Shown here: piece by piece, positions 13,364-25,858 of the stretch
How positions within the stretch are numbered: position 1 is the stretch's first letter
Layout: the number at the start of each line of letters is the position of its first letter
NCBI GenBank assembly: GCA_951406725.2
Contig: OX597835.1
Coordinates: 3,410,001 to 3,474,000 of the forward strand
DNA from: Octopus vulgaris
Lineage: Eukaryota
Direction: 5' to 3'
Length of the DNA: 64,000 nucleotides
Made by a program: the position numbers and the translations under genes
The notes under the pieces: generated by a model
The model's input: only the letters and a program-made list of their open reading frames with translations
What the model was told of the DNA's origin: nothing
Databases searched by the model: none

Positions 13364-16300
13364 GCATACATATATACATACATACATATATATACATACA
13401 TATATACATATACATACATATATACATACATACATATGTATACATACGTACATATGTACATACATACATATATACATACATATATATACACATACTGCCT
13501 TAATAACACTAGCTCTGTTCTCAGTATTTCAGTTGGAAAAAGTCTCCTCTCAGACCAGAACATGATACTCTGCAATTTTAATTCCTGACATATCAAAACC
13601 AAACTAGCCAATCCCATTCCACTGCACTTATTTGGCAACATAAACTTCCACAAAGCGGACTGGGGAGCAATCAGAAAGGATCTGTCCTTCATCGACTGGT
13701 CTTTCACTCTCATTCATTCACATTGAGACGGCATGGCAGCACTTTGAGAACATTGTCACCTATACATGCTCAAAACACGCTCCTACGAAATCCACTAACA
13801 TAAACAGAAACCGGCTCCCTAAAAAGAAAAAAACACACTCATCAGGCGCATCAAAAGACTCAATAAAAAAATCAACCAATTAAAATATTCCCACACACAA
13901 CATCCACATTCAACAACAATGAAAAGGCTAGAGCTGGAAAAACTTCACCTGCAGACCGACATGAAACCTCCACTGAAAATCAAAGAGCTGTGGAGGAACA
14001 GTGGGTAATCAAAAACATCAAACAAAACCCAAAAGTGTTCTATTATTATGCAAATAAGCATAGAACCGCTGTCTCATCCATTGGGCCATTGATTGATGAT
14101 AACGGCATTCCCCAACACGATGCTAAAGAAATGGCAGAAATACTGCAGAAACAATACTGCTCTGTCTTTAGTGATCCCACTGATACTGACGTAAGAGAAG
14201 CATGCAAAGTTGATTCCTAACATAAAATCTCGGACATAACCTTCACTGCCTCTGACATCATAGCAGCAATAAATGAGGTCAAATACTATTCTGCTGTAGG
14301 CCCTGGTAGATTCCCTGCTAGTCTCCTGAAGGAATGTAGACACCAACTTGCAGTCCCTCTGACCAACCTCTGGAGAAATTCTTTAGACTCAGGTTATATA
14401 CCGAAACAGCTCCTAACCCAGTCTGTCATCCCGGTTTTCAAACAGGGAAACAGATCCCTCGCACTCAACTATCGCCCAATCTCACTCACCTCCCACATCA
14501 TTAAAGTGTTTGAAAGAGTGGTAAAATCAGGGATAGCTGGCTTCCTGGAGATCCACAAACTCCTAAATGCAAATTAGCATGGCTTTCACTGTGTCAGAGA
14601 CTGTCTTTTCTTAGATGATTGGGTGTGATTTGAGGGAATACGATTGTTATTTCTAGCAAGTAAACTACAATATTGAGACTCTTTGGTTTGTAAATTCAAT
14701 ACTACAATGAGGACCAGCGATTTGAGACGTGCACGTTTTGAAAAACAATTATTTTTGCTTTGTCATGTCATTAGACAAGTAAGAAGAGTGTTAGTTGTCT
14801 TTTCTCAGATGGTTGGGTATGGTCGGAGGGAATGTGGTTAAATTCAAGCAAGTAAACTATGATATTGAGACTCCTTCCTTGGTTTGTAAAGTCAATGTTA
14901 CAATGAATGTGAGAGTGAGTTGAAGTAGGCATGTTTTGAAAGACAATTATTTTGCTTTGTCATGCCCCCCTTCCCCCCACCAACAGATAAGAAGAGTGTC
15001 AACTGCTTTTTTCTGAGAGGGTTGGGTATGGTTTGAGGGAACACAGTTCCACATCAAGGACTCCGCCCTGGTTTGTTGCAAGGTTTGTTACAATGAGCAT
15101 GAACTACATAAATTTCCAAAAAAATAAAATAAAATTTATTAGCTTTGTCGTTAGACAACAGTAACTGTAGAAACAAGATATGGGGCAGTTGAGTTTATGT
15201 ACACTGCAGAAAATGCATGTGAGTGGATTTGCTTCTAATCCATTAGACATGGAGTAAACAAATGCCAGTAACATTTTTGGGTTGACTTAAGGGCTTATAC
15301 GGCCTCCTATTTAACACTTGACCTTCTGCGGCTAATTTCAGATATAAAACCAGGGTGGTAGAGATTATTATTAGATTAGATACGTTTTACGTATGTAGTC
15401 AAGAGCCTCTCACTTCTGAGTTCAAATCCCACTGTTGCCAACAGATTTTTGTTCCTTCAAATTCAATTGAAGTGATTGATGTCTTTCCTTCACAAAATTT
15501 GACCTTTGCTCTGAACAAGAAACCTATTTTCCATTTCCAGCCTCAGTGGAAAGGTGAAGATATTTTGGAATTGTTTATTTATTAGCACTTCACTTATCCT
15601 CCTGGGGTCTGCCATCAGTGAACTGTCTTCTTAAAACAGTGGCCCTTGTAGTTAACCGAGGCAGATTCTTTTGCAAACTTGTAGAAGGCTTTAGAGTCCA
15701 TTTTGATATTGTCCACTGCCCTGGTTTCTCTTTCTACCCTTTCTTTTTATGGGAAGAGTCTGAGTTTATTTTCAATCACTAAGAGTACTTCTTTGAGAAG
15801 GGATTCCTCACCATCATGATACTTTTGATCCATACACTTCATTTGATTTATACATATCATTTGTTTCTTTTTTTTTTTATTTTGCTTCCATATAAAATTT
15901 GGTCCATTGGTTTTGAAATTTATATTTTTATGTCGGTGGCACGTAAAAAGCACCATCCGAATCGTGGCCGAAGCCAGTGCCGCCTCGACTGGCTTCCGTG
16001 CAGGTGGCACGTAAAATGCACCAATCCGACCGTGGCCGATGCCAGCCTCGCCTGGCACCAGTGCAGGTGGCATGTAAAAAGCACTCACTACACTCACGGA
16101 GTGGTTGGCATTAGGAAGGGCATCAAGCTGTAGAAACATTGCCAGATAAGACCGGAGCCTGGTGCAGCTTTCTGGCTTCCCAGATCCCCGGTCGAACCGT
16201 CCAACCCATGCTAGCATGAAGAACGGACGTTAAACGATGATGATGATGATGATGATGATTGCCACAATATATACAAAGGGGTACCCAAAAGAAACCGAAA

Positions 16301-17167
16301 TTTTGCAACATTATTTCCTGTGTTTACACTTTTACCACCTTCAAAGTATTCTCAATTTGAAGCAATGCATCAGACTCGACACATTTTCCACTGTTTGAAG
16401 CAGACCTGGAAATCTTGCAAAGTGATGCTATTTTACACCTTCATCATTTTTTTTCTTCACTACTTACACATCTGTAAATTGTGAGGACCAACTTTCATCA
16501 TCAGTGATGACCTTCGAGAAAGGGACCAGACCAACTTCCAACTGTTCTTTCAATTCACAACATGCATTTAGTTTTGACTGCTTTCGATCTTCTGTGAACA
16601 AATGAGGCACCAATTTTGCTGCAACTCTTTCCATTGGCAATTCCTCACTCAAAATTCGTTGGCAGGAGTTCCAGGACACACCAGTCATAACAAAAAAGTT
16701 TGTCAATTGTTCGGTGATGGTCCTCCAAAATCAGTCCATGAATTTTCATGATGTTTCCATTTGTTCAGGAGGTCGACAGTCACCCGGAACAAGGCTGGTC
16801 CTCAAGCAACAAGTGACCGTTCCTCAAATGTGAAAACCTCTCATAGACCTGTGTTTTGCTCATGGCAGCATCCTTGTCAGCTGTTTGAAGCATGACAACC
16901 GTTTTGGCTACCATTTCCCCCAGTAAAAAAAAAGAATTTCACAGAAGCACGCTGTCCCTTCATTTCAGCTATTGCAAAATTCAACAAACAGGGGAGAGGC
17001 ACTGCAAAACAAAGGGGCACCATGTGGAAGTACAACCAGACTTAATGCCAGTCAGCAGCAGACTGATGCCTGAGGATTGCATCAAGTGGCTTCTAGCAGC
17101 AGAAGGCTGGACTACAACAGGTTTGTCCCACAGAGAACATTTCCAGTTTATTTTGGGTGCCATCTTG

Positions 17168-17213
<46 letters not shown>

Positions 17214-18455
17214 ATAAAATTAAAAACAGAACGCAAAGGATATCGTGGTACATGTGTTTCAAGCTTTATAAACAATCCGTTATTATTGTATTATTGATAT
17301 AAATCAGTCTACTATTGATATAAAAGATGGTTTAAAGCTCTCTTCAACCACATATTGATAGAAATGGTAAGACAACAGAAGAATGAAAGAGACCTCGATA
17401 TTATGTAAATAGAGGAATTTATCTGTAAATGTAATATGTGATAATTATTCGGTAGTCATGATGGCCAGATAACTGAAGAAAGAGATGGCGGTGTGGATTT
17501 CCACCTTGGTATCCGAAACTCGGAGTTTTATCATGGCTACCGAATAATTGTCACATATTATATTTACAGATATATCATCATCATCATCATCATCGTGTCA
17601 CCTCGAACTGTGAGCTACTCAGTAAAAGAAGAAAGTTAATAATGCAAAGGCATATAAAAGTGAGGAAACTCACTTTTATAGGCGCAGGAGTGGCTGTGTG
17701 GTAAGTAGCTTGTTTACCAACCACATGGTACCGGGTTCAGTCCCACTGCGTGGCACCTTGGGCAAGTGTCTTCTGCTATAGCCTCGGGCTGACCAAAGCC
17801 TTGTGAGTGGATTTGGTAGACGGAAACTGAAAGAATCCCGTCATATATATGTATATATATGTATATGTGTGTGTGCGTGTATGTTTGTGTTTGTCCCCCT
17901 AGCATTGCTTGACAACCGATGCTGGTGTGTTTACGTCCCCGTCACTTAGCGGTTCGGCAAAAGAGACCGATAGAATAAGTACTGGGCTTACAAAGAATGA
18001 GTCCCGGGGTTGAGTTGCTCGATTAAAGGCGGTGCTCCAGCATGGCCGCAGTCAAATGACTGATACAAGTAAAAGAGTAAACTGAATGTGATCCAGCAGT
18101 TCTTTAAAAGCAACATCCCTGATGAATTACTGGTGCACAACTGCAGCTGGGTTGCATCTATTTCTGCAATTATTTATAAAAGAATTCCTGTAATGATACG
18201 AGACTGGAAACTCAACAATTTGCAGCTGCTCCCACAGAATGGAAACAAATGTAATTGTAATTAAAGCCTGTCGTAGGAATTTTTACACACACTCACACAT
18301 ATACGTACATATACACACATATATATGCATATATATATGCATTGCGGCCATGATGAAGCACCGCCTTTAGTCAAGCAAATCGCTAAGTGATGGGGACGTA
18401 AACACACCACCATCGATTGTCAAGCAATGCTATGGGGACAAACACAGACACACAA

Positions 18456-18501
<46 letters not shown>

Positions 18502-19491
18502 GACAGGCTTCTTTCAGTTTCCGTCTACCAAACCCACTCACAAGGCATTGGTCGGCCCGGGGCTATAGTAGAAGACACTTGCCCATGATGTCACGCAGTG
18601 GGACTGAACCCGGAACCATGTGGTTGGTTAGCAAGCTACTTACCACACAGCCACTCCTGCGCATATATATATATATATATTATATCATCATCATCATCAT
18701 CATCATCATTTAATGTCCGTTGTCCATGCTAGCATGGATCGGACGGTTTGATCAGAGCTGGCAAGCTGGAGAGCTGCACCATTATGAGGGACAGAAGCAG
18801 TATTAGTTCAAAATAGCAGTCTGTGCATCATACTCAATGCAGATACAATATTCAAAGCCTGATACGACTGCAATATTTGTTTCAAGATAACATGGCTTAT
18901 AAACGCATGGTTTTAAAAGAAACTGAAATATATCATCTGCTACTGGTATGGGTTTATTTTTTGTGTGTGTGTGTATTTTAACACTCAAAGTCTTAACAAA
19001 ATGCCATCTAGAGACGAATACTGTAACGTATCAAGCTTTGAATGATGTATCTGCTTGAAGTCTGATTCTATATGTGTATACGCGCGCGCGCACTGACTTG
19101 TAAACACAAAAACTGATAAAATATAATTACGGTGAAGGAAAAAAAAAGAATGGAAGGAAAGAAGGAAGAAGTATAAACAATACGGTGTCTGTGGTCTGTT
19201 TTAAAAAAAGAAAAAAAAGAAAGGTGAAAAAAAAAAGAGGTCAAATCACCAAATTATAAATAAATCGGTGGTCTTTTGATTTAGCCAATAAACCATAGCA
19301 AAATGCCAAGTTTCCAACAATATCAAATTCAAGGCCAGTGGTCAGTTATATAACCTGATATACCTGAAATCACAACTATTGAACACAAAAACCGGGTTTT
19401 TTTTTAATTAGGAATCGCAAACACTCGAAACAAAAAGTTTACCTAATTGTAAAAATTTACCGATCGACTTTTTTTTTTCTTTTTTAGTGAA

Positions 19492-19570
<79 letters not shown>

Positions 19571-19704
19571 AGATGTACTTGCATAGCAAGTGATTTGATC
19601 TGAGATCGTAGTGCTGAAACGAAAACGATTGCAGCGTGGAAGTTGACAAATTAAACTTTTGTGTGTTTCTTAAATGGCTTAGAAGCACCTTCCACGCTGC
19701 AATT

Positions 19705-19747
<43 letters not shown>

Positions 19748-19807
19748 ACGGATAGACTGACGCACAGACAGACAATGACAGGCAGACAGACAGACAGACA
19801 GATAGAC

Positions 19808-19874
<67 letters not shown>

Positions 19875-20870
19875 CAGATGGATGGATGGATGGATAGATA
19901 GATAGACAGATAGGCAGGCAGGCAGGCAGACAGACAGAAAGACAGACAGACTTAGAAATACAGACAGAAAGACAAATACAGACAGAGTGATGGAGAAATA
20001 CACATACAGAACCAACAGAAAGATTGACAGACAGACAGAGAGAGACAGACAGAGTTCCAGATAGAGAGAGAGACAGCAGACACAGAGAATATATTTAAAT
20101 GTCTTCTGATAAACAAGGGAGAAAAATATATTCTCGCAGACAACCTGGCACTAACACAATTTGCAACGACGAACTAGATGGACTTGGTCACAGAGGGGGG
20201 TAAGGTGTGCTCCACGGGGAAACGAAATAAGAAAGCCCTTACATCAAGATTGAACTCACAACGAACAGTTTACTCAGCTAGTTAAACTTGAATATATACG
20301 TACACACGTGCGGTACGTGTGTGTAGAAATGTACACATACACACACACTAGCGTAGTGTGTGAGATAAACGGAGATGAACATGTGGACTAATTGGTGCGA
20401 ATCTATGATTTTTTTAGGGTTGGGCTTACCTTTGATGCAATCTATTACAAAAATGGAGACACCCTCTAATAATCAACGCAATAACTTTTTTTAATAAACA
20501 GTTTTATTTCTTTTTCTTTATAATTCTATTACCTAAGTACACCACGTCCACAGTACTTATATATATATAGATATATATTGTTTTATGCGATCACCTCACA
20601 TGCATTAACAACCCAAGCTCCACGTACATGGAAACCCCAAGTACATGAAACTTATCAGAAGCGTGGTTTATGTATGTGAGGTGATCGTCAAAAAACAGTA
20701 TTTTTTACTCTCGCCACATAGAGTACACTTCTTTGTTGAGCCTTACTACACAATCCTTATGAATTCACACATAAATAAATCAGGAGTATTTAGTACACTG
20801 ATTACTAAAATTAATTAACGAGCTATTTAAAACAGAACCTCCACACCACATCAGGGCAAGGCCAATTTTC

Positions 20871-20921
<51 letters not shown>

Positions 20922-21214
20922 TATCATCATCATCATTATCATCATCATTTAATGCCCGTTGGTAAAGAATAAGAACATCACACTTTTTGCGTGTTTAGGT
21001 TAAGGGTTAGGGTTACGCCCAAAACGGGTGGTGTGCGTATTCTTTACCTCCGCCATATAGATATATATATACACACACACACACAAAAACATATATACCC
21101 TTTACTAGTGCAGGGTTACATAAACTGGTTATTATCTAACACTCCGTTGAACCCCTAATGCCAAACCGATTGGTTACATCGGCCGTAATAGACATATAAT
21201 ACTGTACACTTGGA

Positions 21215-21309
<95 letters not shown>

Positions 21310-22007
21310 ATGAATTTGTTATTACAAAAGGGGAGTAAGATTCGAGATGTGAATTTGAGTTCAATGGATTTTGTTAAAGTGCTTTTCGGTTTCGACTTTT
21401 TATTTGACAAAGCCTAAGTTCTTTGATCAACGGCAACGCAAGCAATAATAACTATATAATAATAATGATAGAATCTTCGCGTGGATCACCGTTACATAAC
21501 AACCAAAGAGCTTATAATAATGATAAATAATATAATAATGATAAATACACAATTTGTGCGTATTGAGTACTGCGGAGGGGTTTTTTTTACCCCCTCGTTC
21601 GAAAGCGTTTACGTATGTGTGTGCATATGCACAAGCAAAGAAGATTCTTCAATCATGTCGAAATGCTAGAAAGAGCAACGAAATCTTCCTAAAATTAAAC
21701 ATCCTACGATCATAAAATAAAGGCAAGAACATAATTGAAGTATCGCAGTTCTTCTAGATCACTCTAAAACGAAATTAAAATCAAAAGGACGAGATGGTTC
21801 CAATTCGATCAATAGGGTCAGCTAAATCAGGGCTGGCCTGGGACAGCAAACACAATCACACAACAAAAAATAAACAAGGGACATTCTCTTTACCTCTTCT
21901 TGTTGACTCTGTAATGGTTTTTTCTTAAGTCGATTCCAATTTAATATGTTGCCACTGTGCACGAACAATGATGAGGCGTTCGGAAAGACTGGACATGGAT
22001 AGGCCAT
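2736..22007 (-). CDS. GCLM: Glutamate-cysteine ligase modifier subunit, spliced gene (coding exons 21894-22007, 7120-7185, 5961-6042, 5312-5371, 3805-4019, 2736-2850; final exon probably outside the window)
   Basis: Joined exons read in frame with GT-AG junctions: [30 protein letters not shown]...[14 protein letters not shown]...VKIFLYNN...[14 protein letters not shown]...[56 protein letters not shown]. These match GCLM motifs (GNxLNW, LQPYW, [13 protein letters not shown], QLLTHNDP). Confidence 0.95.
3549..3745. repeat. 12-13-bp minisatellite (ttgggaccaaata)
   Basis: Direct reading; lies in GCLM intron 5 about 60 bp from the donor. Confidence 0.95.
3805..4019 (-). CDS. GCLM: GCLM coding exon 5 (215 bp)
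   Basis: Acceptor tatgattccag|; [17 protein letters not shown]...LQPYWEVL...[18 protein letters not shown]; donor AAG|GTTAGT. Confidence 0.93.
5312..5371 (-). CDS. GCLM: GCLM coding exon 4 (60 bp)
   Basis: Acceptor ttttgttttgcag|; (V)[19 protein letters not shown]; donor AAG|GTACAT. Confidence 0.88.
5961..6042 (-). CDS. GCLM: GCLM coding exon 3 (82 bp)
   Basis: Acceptor ctccattctag|; [27 protein letters not shown]; donor CAG|GTATGT, phase 1. Confidence 0.88.
7120..7185 (-). CDS. GCLM: GCLM coding exon 2 (66 bp)
   Basis: Acceptor ttttgtcttcttcag|; [22 protein letters not shown]; donor CAG|GTAAAC. Confidence 0.88.
10081..10452 (-). mobile_element. Non-autonomous Helitron-like element
   Basis: CTAG end with a long palindrome at 10081-10119; TC start; second copy at 59516-59882. 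Confidence 0.7.
11473..11529 (-). CDS. GCLM: Candidate alternative first coding exon of GCLM ([19 protein letters not shown])
   Basis: ATG ATG preceded by an in-frame TGA; 19 codons; strong donor CAG|GTAAGA in phase 0, compatible with exon 2. Confidence 0.45.
12790..13135 (+). mobile_element. SINE family A with (GAT)n RTE-type tail and internal ~59-bp tandem units; at least 15 copies (e.g. 4222-4480-, 4728-5090-, 6280-6440+, 15932-16259+, 45505-45822+, 51635-51940-, 55044-55450-, 57800-58063-, 59153-59368+, 62860-63068+)
   Basis: Recurring ggcacgtaaaaagcacc, tggcgttaggaagggcatccagcc and gcatggaaagcggacgttaaacgatgatgat. Confidence 0.9.
13500..14600 (+). mobile_element. Degenerate CR1-like ORF2 fragment
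   Basis: [37 protein letters not shown]; frameshifts and stops; related to the intact LINE. Confidence 0.85.
14600..15160. repeat. Three diverged ~195-200-bp tandem units, each ending in an ARE-like motif
   Basis: Units start near 14601, 14795 and 15001; shared ttggg(t/g)..gagggaa, ttggtttgt and tacaatga; (T/A)GCTTTGTC at 14756, 14953 and 15141. Confidence 0.75.
15585..15790 (-). mobile_element. Short CR1-like ORF2 fragment
   Basis: - strand [22 protein letters not shown], resembling intact ORF2 RAIENIKTNPKAFFKFAKET. Confidence 0.7.
16274..17167 (-). mobile_element. Degenerate Tc1/mariner element with TIRs and TA TSD
   Basis: TA|CAAAGGGGTACCCAAAAGAAACCG...CCAGTTTATTTTGGGTGCCATCTTG|TA; [17 protein letters not shown]. 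Confidence 0.85.
17468..17532 (+). ncRNA. Minimal hammerhead ribozyme motif (Penelope-type) inside an inverted repeat
   Basis: GAUAA-CUGAAGA-..stem II..-GAAA-CUCGGAG-UU-UUAUC; sister copy at 42890-42950(-) with CCGAAGA core. Confidence 0.65.
17681..18080 (+). mobile_element. tRNA-derived SINE family B with (GAGTAAAA) tail; other copies at 6497-6897(+), 18343-18662(-) and 60407-60828(-), plus partials
   Basis: A-box tggctgtgtggtaag, B-box ggttcagtcc, CORE-like ccttgggcaagtg, internal (TA)n/(TG)n, and a 3' end shared with the LINE. Confidence 0.9.
21894..22007 (-). CDS. GCLM: GCLM coding exon 1 (38 codons)
   Basis: ATG at 22007; [38 protein letters not shown]; donor GAG|GTAAAG, phase 0. Confidence 0.9.
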
Positions 22008-22139
22008 TTGCGATCAGTCGTCGGAGGGAAGGATATAGACAGAAAGTATTATTATTGCTTCGATGGTGAGCTGTGGCCAGTGCTGTGTGGTGTGTAATTA
22101 GTGAGTCGGGACTGCTGCAATATAGAGGTCAGCGGAAGA

Positions 22140-22366
22140 TTAGACGGAGGTAAACGGGACAGACCTGAAGTACGGAGAGGAAGGAAGAGGAAGGACGAGG
22201 AAGGGAACAAAAAGAGAGAAGGCGGAAGAATGAGAGAGGAAGAATGTGTAGAGTTCAGACAGAGAGAGAGAGAGAGAACGTGTATGGTACAGATAGAGAG
22301 GAAGAAATATATAGAGTACGAAAAGAGGGGAGAAAACGTATATGGATAGAGAGAAAGAATGTACAG

Positions 22367-22401
<35 letters not shown>

Positions 22402-22938
22402 AGAAAGAGTAAGAGCGAAGACGGAGGAGAAGGAATTTAAAGAGTTGAGGATGTTGATGACAGAGAGGGAGGGAGGGAGCAAAAAAGAAAGCGTATAAAA
22501 TAGAGAGAGAGAGGGAGGAGGATGAAAGCAACAAAAGAAAAAGTGTATAAACCCTCTCCTCCCTTTTCTGGAGGAGGAGAATTGAAAAGAGTTGAGGATG
22601 TTGCAGAGAGAGAGAGAGAGGGAGGAAGATAAGATTGAGAGAAGGGCAGAGTTGAATCCGGGCCAATAATGAATAATGAGAGAGAGAAATGAAGTAGAAA
22701 TAAATCGAAACAAAGAAAGAATAAAGAAATAAGGATAAAAGCAACAAGAAAAGGGGATGAAATGGGGGAAAAGTGAAGCTGTGGAATAATGCGGGATGGA
22801 GTTTAGATCAAAGGAATTGCGGGGGGAGGAGAGGTAAAACAAAAAGAACAGCAATGTAGATACGAAGAAACACTCAAGTGTACAAAGATTAAAAACGATT
22901 AAAGAGTGAGAGAGTAAGTCGGAAGGAAAGCAGAAAGG

Positions 22939-22980
<42 letters not shown>

Positions 22981-23030
22981 AAGACAGGTCGCGTGAGTGA
23001 CAAAAGAAGCAGAAAGAAACACAAATAAAA
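22140..23030. repeat. Purine-rich (GA)n low-complexity tract upstream of the GCLM ATG
   Basis: Direct reading. Confidence 0.85.
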
Positions 23031-25324
23031 GGCGCAGTGTCGTCGTTTTGGAGTTCAGTCGCCAACCGCGTAGTTTCGGGTTCGATACCACAGCGGGGTA
23101 TATATTGAGTGTTTTTTCACTGTAGCACCTGACCGATCAAAGCCTCTTAAATGGATTTAGTAAACGGAAACTGTATGAAGCCTGTCGAGTTAGAAAAACA
23201 TTAAATAAATAAAAATAAACCTTTTGTAATTTTTTTAAAATCCGATCCTAATCAGTATTTTTTTTTCGTTATTAAGTTAGGTGGGGGGGGGGGGCGGATA
23301 CCACTTTTAAAAATACAGAGATTATGATTATGAAAATGCTTTTTTTTTTTGTTAAAATTACAAGATTCTTTTTTAAAATTACAATGCCGGGGTCTTTTCT
23401 GTTTGATAGACGGAATTTTCTAGTAAACTAAAAAATATGAAATTTCGTATACTGGTAGAATGTGTCAAAAAAAAAAAACATTATTGTTAAACAAAATTGA
23501 AAACAAAATTGTAATTCGTAACTTAAACGTAGTTTAATTTTACGAATTTTATATCCGTAGAGACTAGAGTCAGATTTTGTTTTTATTTTTATTTTTTTTT
23601 TTTCAGATTTGTACTCTAAAAAGTTACGCATATTTTTGAGGAATCGTAATTATGGACATTTAAAACTTATACAATGCTTAAAAAAATACACACTCCAAAA
23701 CATTACTATTTTGGGCACATTAGATATAATTTCCGACTCTATTCTCCTATAATGCCCGATTGCTTACGTTTTACTTCTTTCGATTTGTCATCATAAACCA
23801 ACGGTGAACAAAGGTTGGTGCACTTTTAAAAATACAGAGAAAGAATGTACATTCATTCTTTCTCTCTGTATTGCAGACTTCGACTTCGACTTCGACTTCG
23901 TCAATCGTGATTGTGTAATAATAATGCGTCCGTGGTCCCAAGTTCTATAAGTTGAAACTCAGAGAGCATCGCTATTTCGTGCTTTTTTGTGGGGTTCTAT
24001 CAATCAGTGTTGTAGAGCGAAATGACGACCTTCTAAAACTTCATATCCCGTCGGGGTTAGTTTTATTTTGCTTCAGGAGTCGACAAAGCAATTGTACCAT
24101 TATTGGATCGGGTGGAGTTTGGCAATAGCCATTGTTGACTCGTGAGAAGAAAAAAGGCCAGGGATTGAATAGAGTCTCCCACCCAGTCTCTCTTCTTTTT
24201 AAAGATCCTTGTGCTTCATACAGCAGAACTTAGGGATTCGGGAAAAGAATTACGTTTTCTCCCCCAAAATTTCAATATTTTTAATATGTCTCACCCACCT
24301 AATTACGAACCTTTTTTCTTTCCCAATAAAGTAGTAAGAACTGTTCCAAAACTCCGCCGATTTATAACAGAAGACCCCCGGAGGGCTTCAAGGCAAGGTC
24401 GACTTCAATGGGTTTTGAACTCAGAACGTAAAGAACTGTAGCTAAACTTCTCAAGGCATTCAGTGCAGCCTGCTTGTGTCTTTCTTAGATACTGCCGATG
24501 GAAGGGCCATGGGTAAGGCATAATATTAACAAAATAACGATGGTCACAAGAATTCCAATCGAATTTGATGGTTGATGACAGTTTTCGGAATTCTCCGGTA
24601 ATTTACGGAAGTGACACCAGCGTTCTAAACGACAAACGGACGAAAGGTACCATGGAAACGGTTACTAGCCTCTTAGCATCATGAGAAAACAGTGTACACC
24701 GCCAAAATACACATTTTTTAAATAAAAAAAAATATACAACTTTTGTTATTGATTAGCTCCAGCTTCGTCCTGACCAAAGGCGTTCCAATCGTGAATATCC
24801 ATCGGATATAGTCTATCTGGGATTGTATTCTTCAATGTGACTCCTTTTTTGGAACTGTGATGGTATATTATTTAAGTGGAATTTTGCTGTTATTTCTAGC
24901 AGGTCGGATAACCTTGTAGAGGGTTTCTCATTAGCTTGTTTATAAGTTTACATCTCCAGCCAATAAACAAATATTTATCGTCGTTGCTCACCAAAATACT
25001 TCAACCTCCTGACCCACTGATGTGCTGTATCCTCTCTACCTTTTCTGTTGCTACTAAAATGGTTTCTGCTTCACAGAACTATCTGGTACTCTACTGCCTC
25101 CTCTCGAGGTACTCCCAATCCACTTGTCTCTAGTACTCGTACCACATATTGTGTGTCAAATTCTTCCTTATCAGGATTTTGACTCTCTGGAAATTCCCAC
25201 TCAGCACATGTTTTCTGTGCTACACTTGGAGTGATGCAAGCAAAACATGAACACCATTAAACTTTTGATGCTAGCAGGCCTGACACCACCTTTGGTTCTA
25301 TGATACAAATTCTTTGTTTTAAAG

Positions 25325-25858
25325 TGTAGCGTAGCTGACATCCTCCCTGTTTGAGACATATATTAGAAATGGTCTTGTGTTAGATAACAACCATCTTCGG
25401 CTATCTGGACCCTGTTGTGTCCACTGCTCTGATTGGTTGGCATTGGCGCAGTTTGTCTCTTGACTTATTTCGCGCCAATGTGTAAACCAACCAATCATAA
25501 CCTTCTGATAAGGTCCCGTGACACTGTTTTTCCTATGCCTTGTTTGAGCCCACCTTCGGATATAAAAGGCACCAGCAAATCACTATTTCTCGTCTTAGGT
25601 TCTAGTCCTTTTCAGGACTAACCTCTGACCACAGAGTGACTCAACCAATTCCATGTTCCACCCAACTAGCTCCAGCGACCCAGCCATGTTCCTTGCTCCA
25701 GCAGCGCTGACGCCATCATCATTGTCGTCCTCATTATTCCCTTTGGCACTTATTCTTTATATCATGTAAATGGTTTATTCTTTTGTGGGACGACTGTGCG
25801 GCGTTTAAAAGGGGACACTTCTGTCACCAACTCCTTACGTACGGTCGTTTTCACTACA
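25325..25858 (+). mobile_element. Solo LTR (Gypsy-like) with 4-bp TSD
   Basis: AAAG|TGTAGCG...CACTACA|AAAG; internal CCAAT boxes and TATAAAAG at 25561; related LTR-like sequence at ~59897-60363. Confidence 0.75.

Noticed and set aside
12039-13565. Long ORFs rich in Y/I/C/V/M/H/T (also at 9.2-9.8, 39.7, 41.1, 46.2 and 53.2 kb)
   Set aside because: They are translations of (TA)n/(CA)n/(TACA)n/(AAT)n microsatellites, not genes.
20424-20480. Strong - strand donor AAG|GTAAGC at 20430 in GCLM intron 1
   Set aside because: The phase-0 frame has stops and no ATG just upstream, so a coding exon cannot be supported.
22052-23091. Long L/S/F-rich - strand ORFs (231 and 278 aa); also 34600-35115
   Set aside because: These are artifacts of GA/CT low-complexity tracts.
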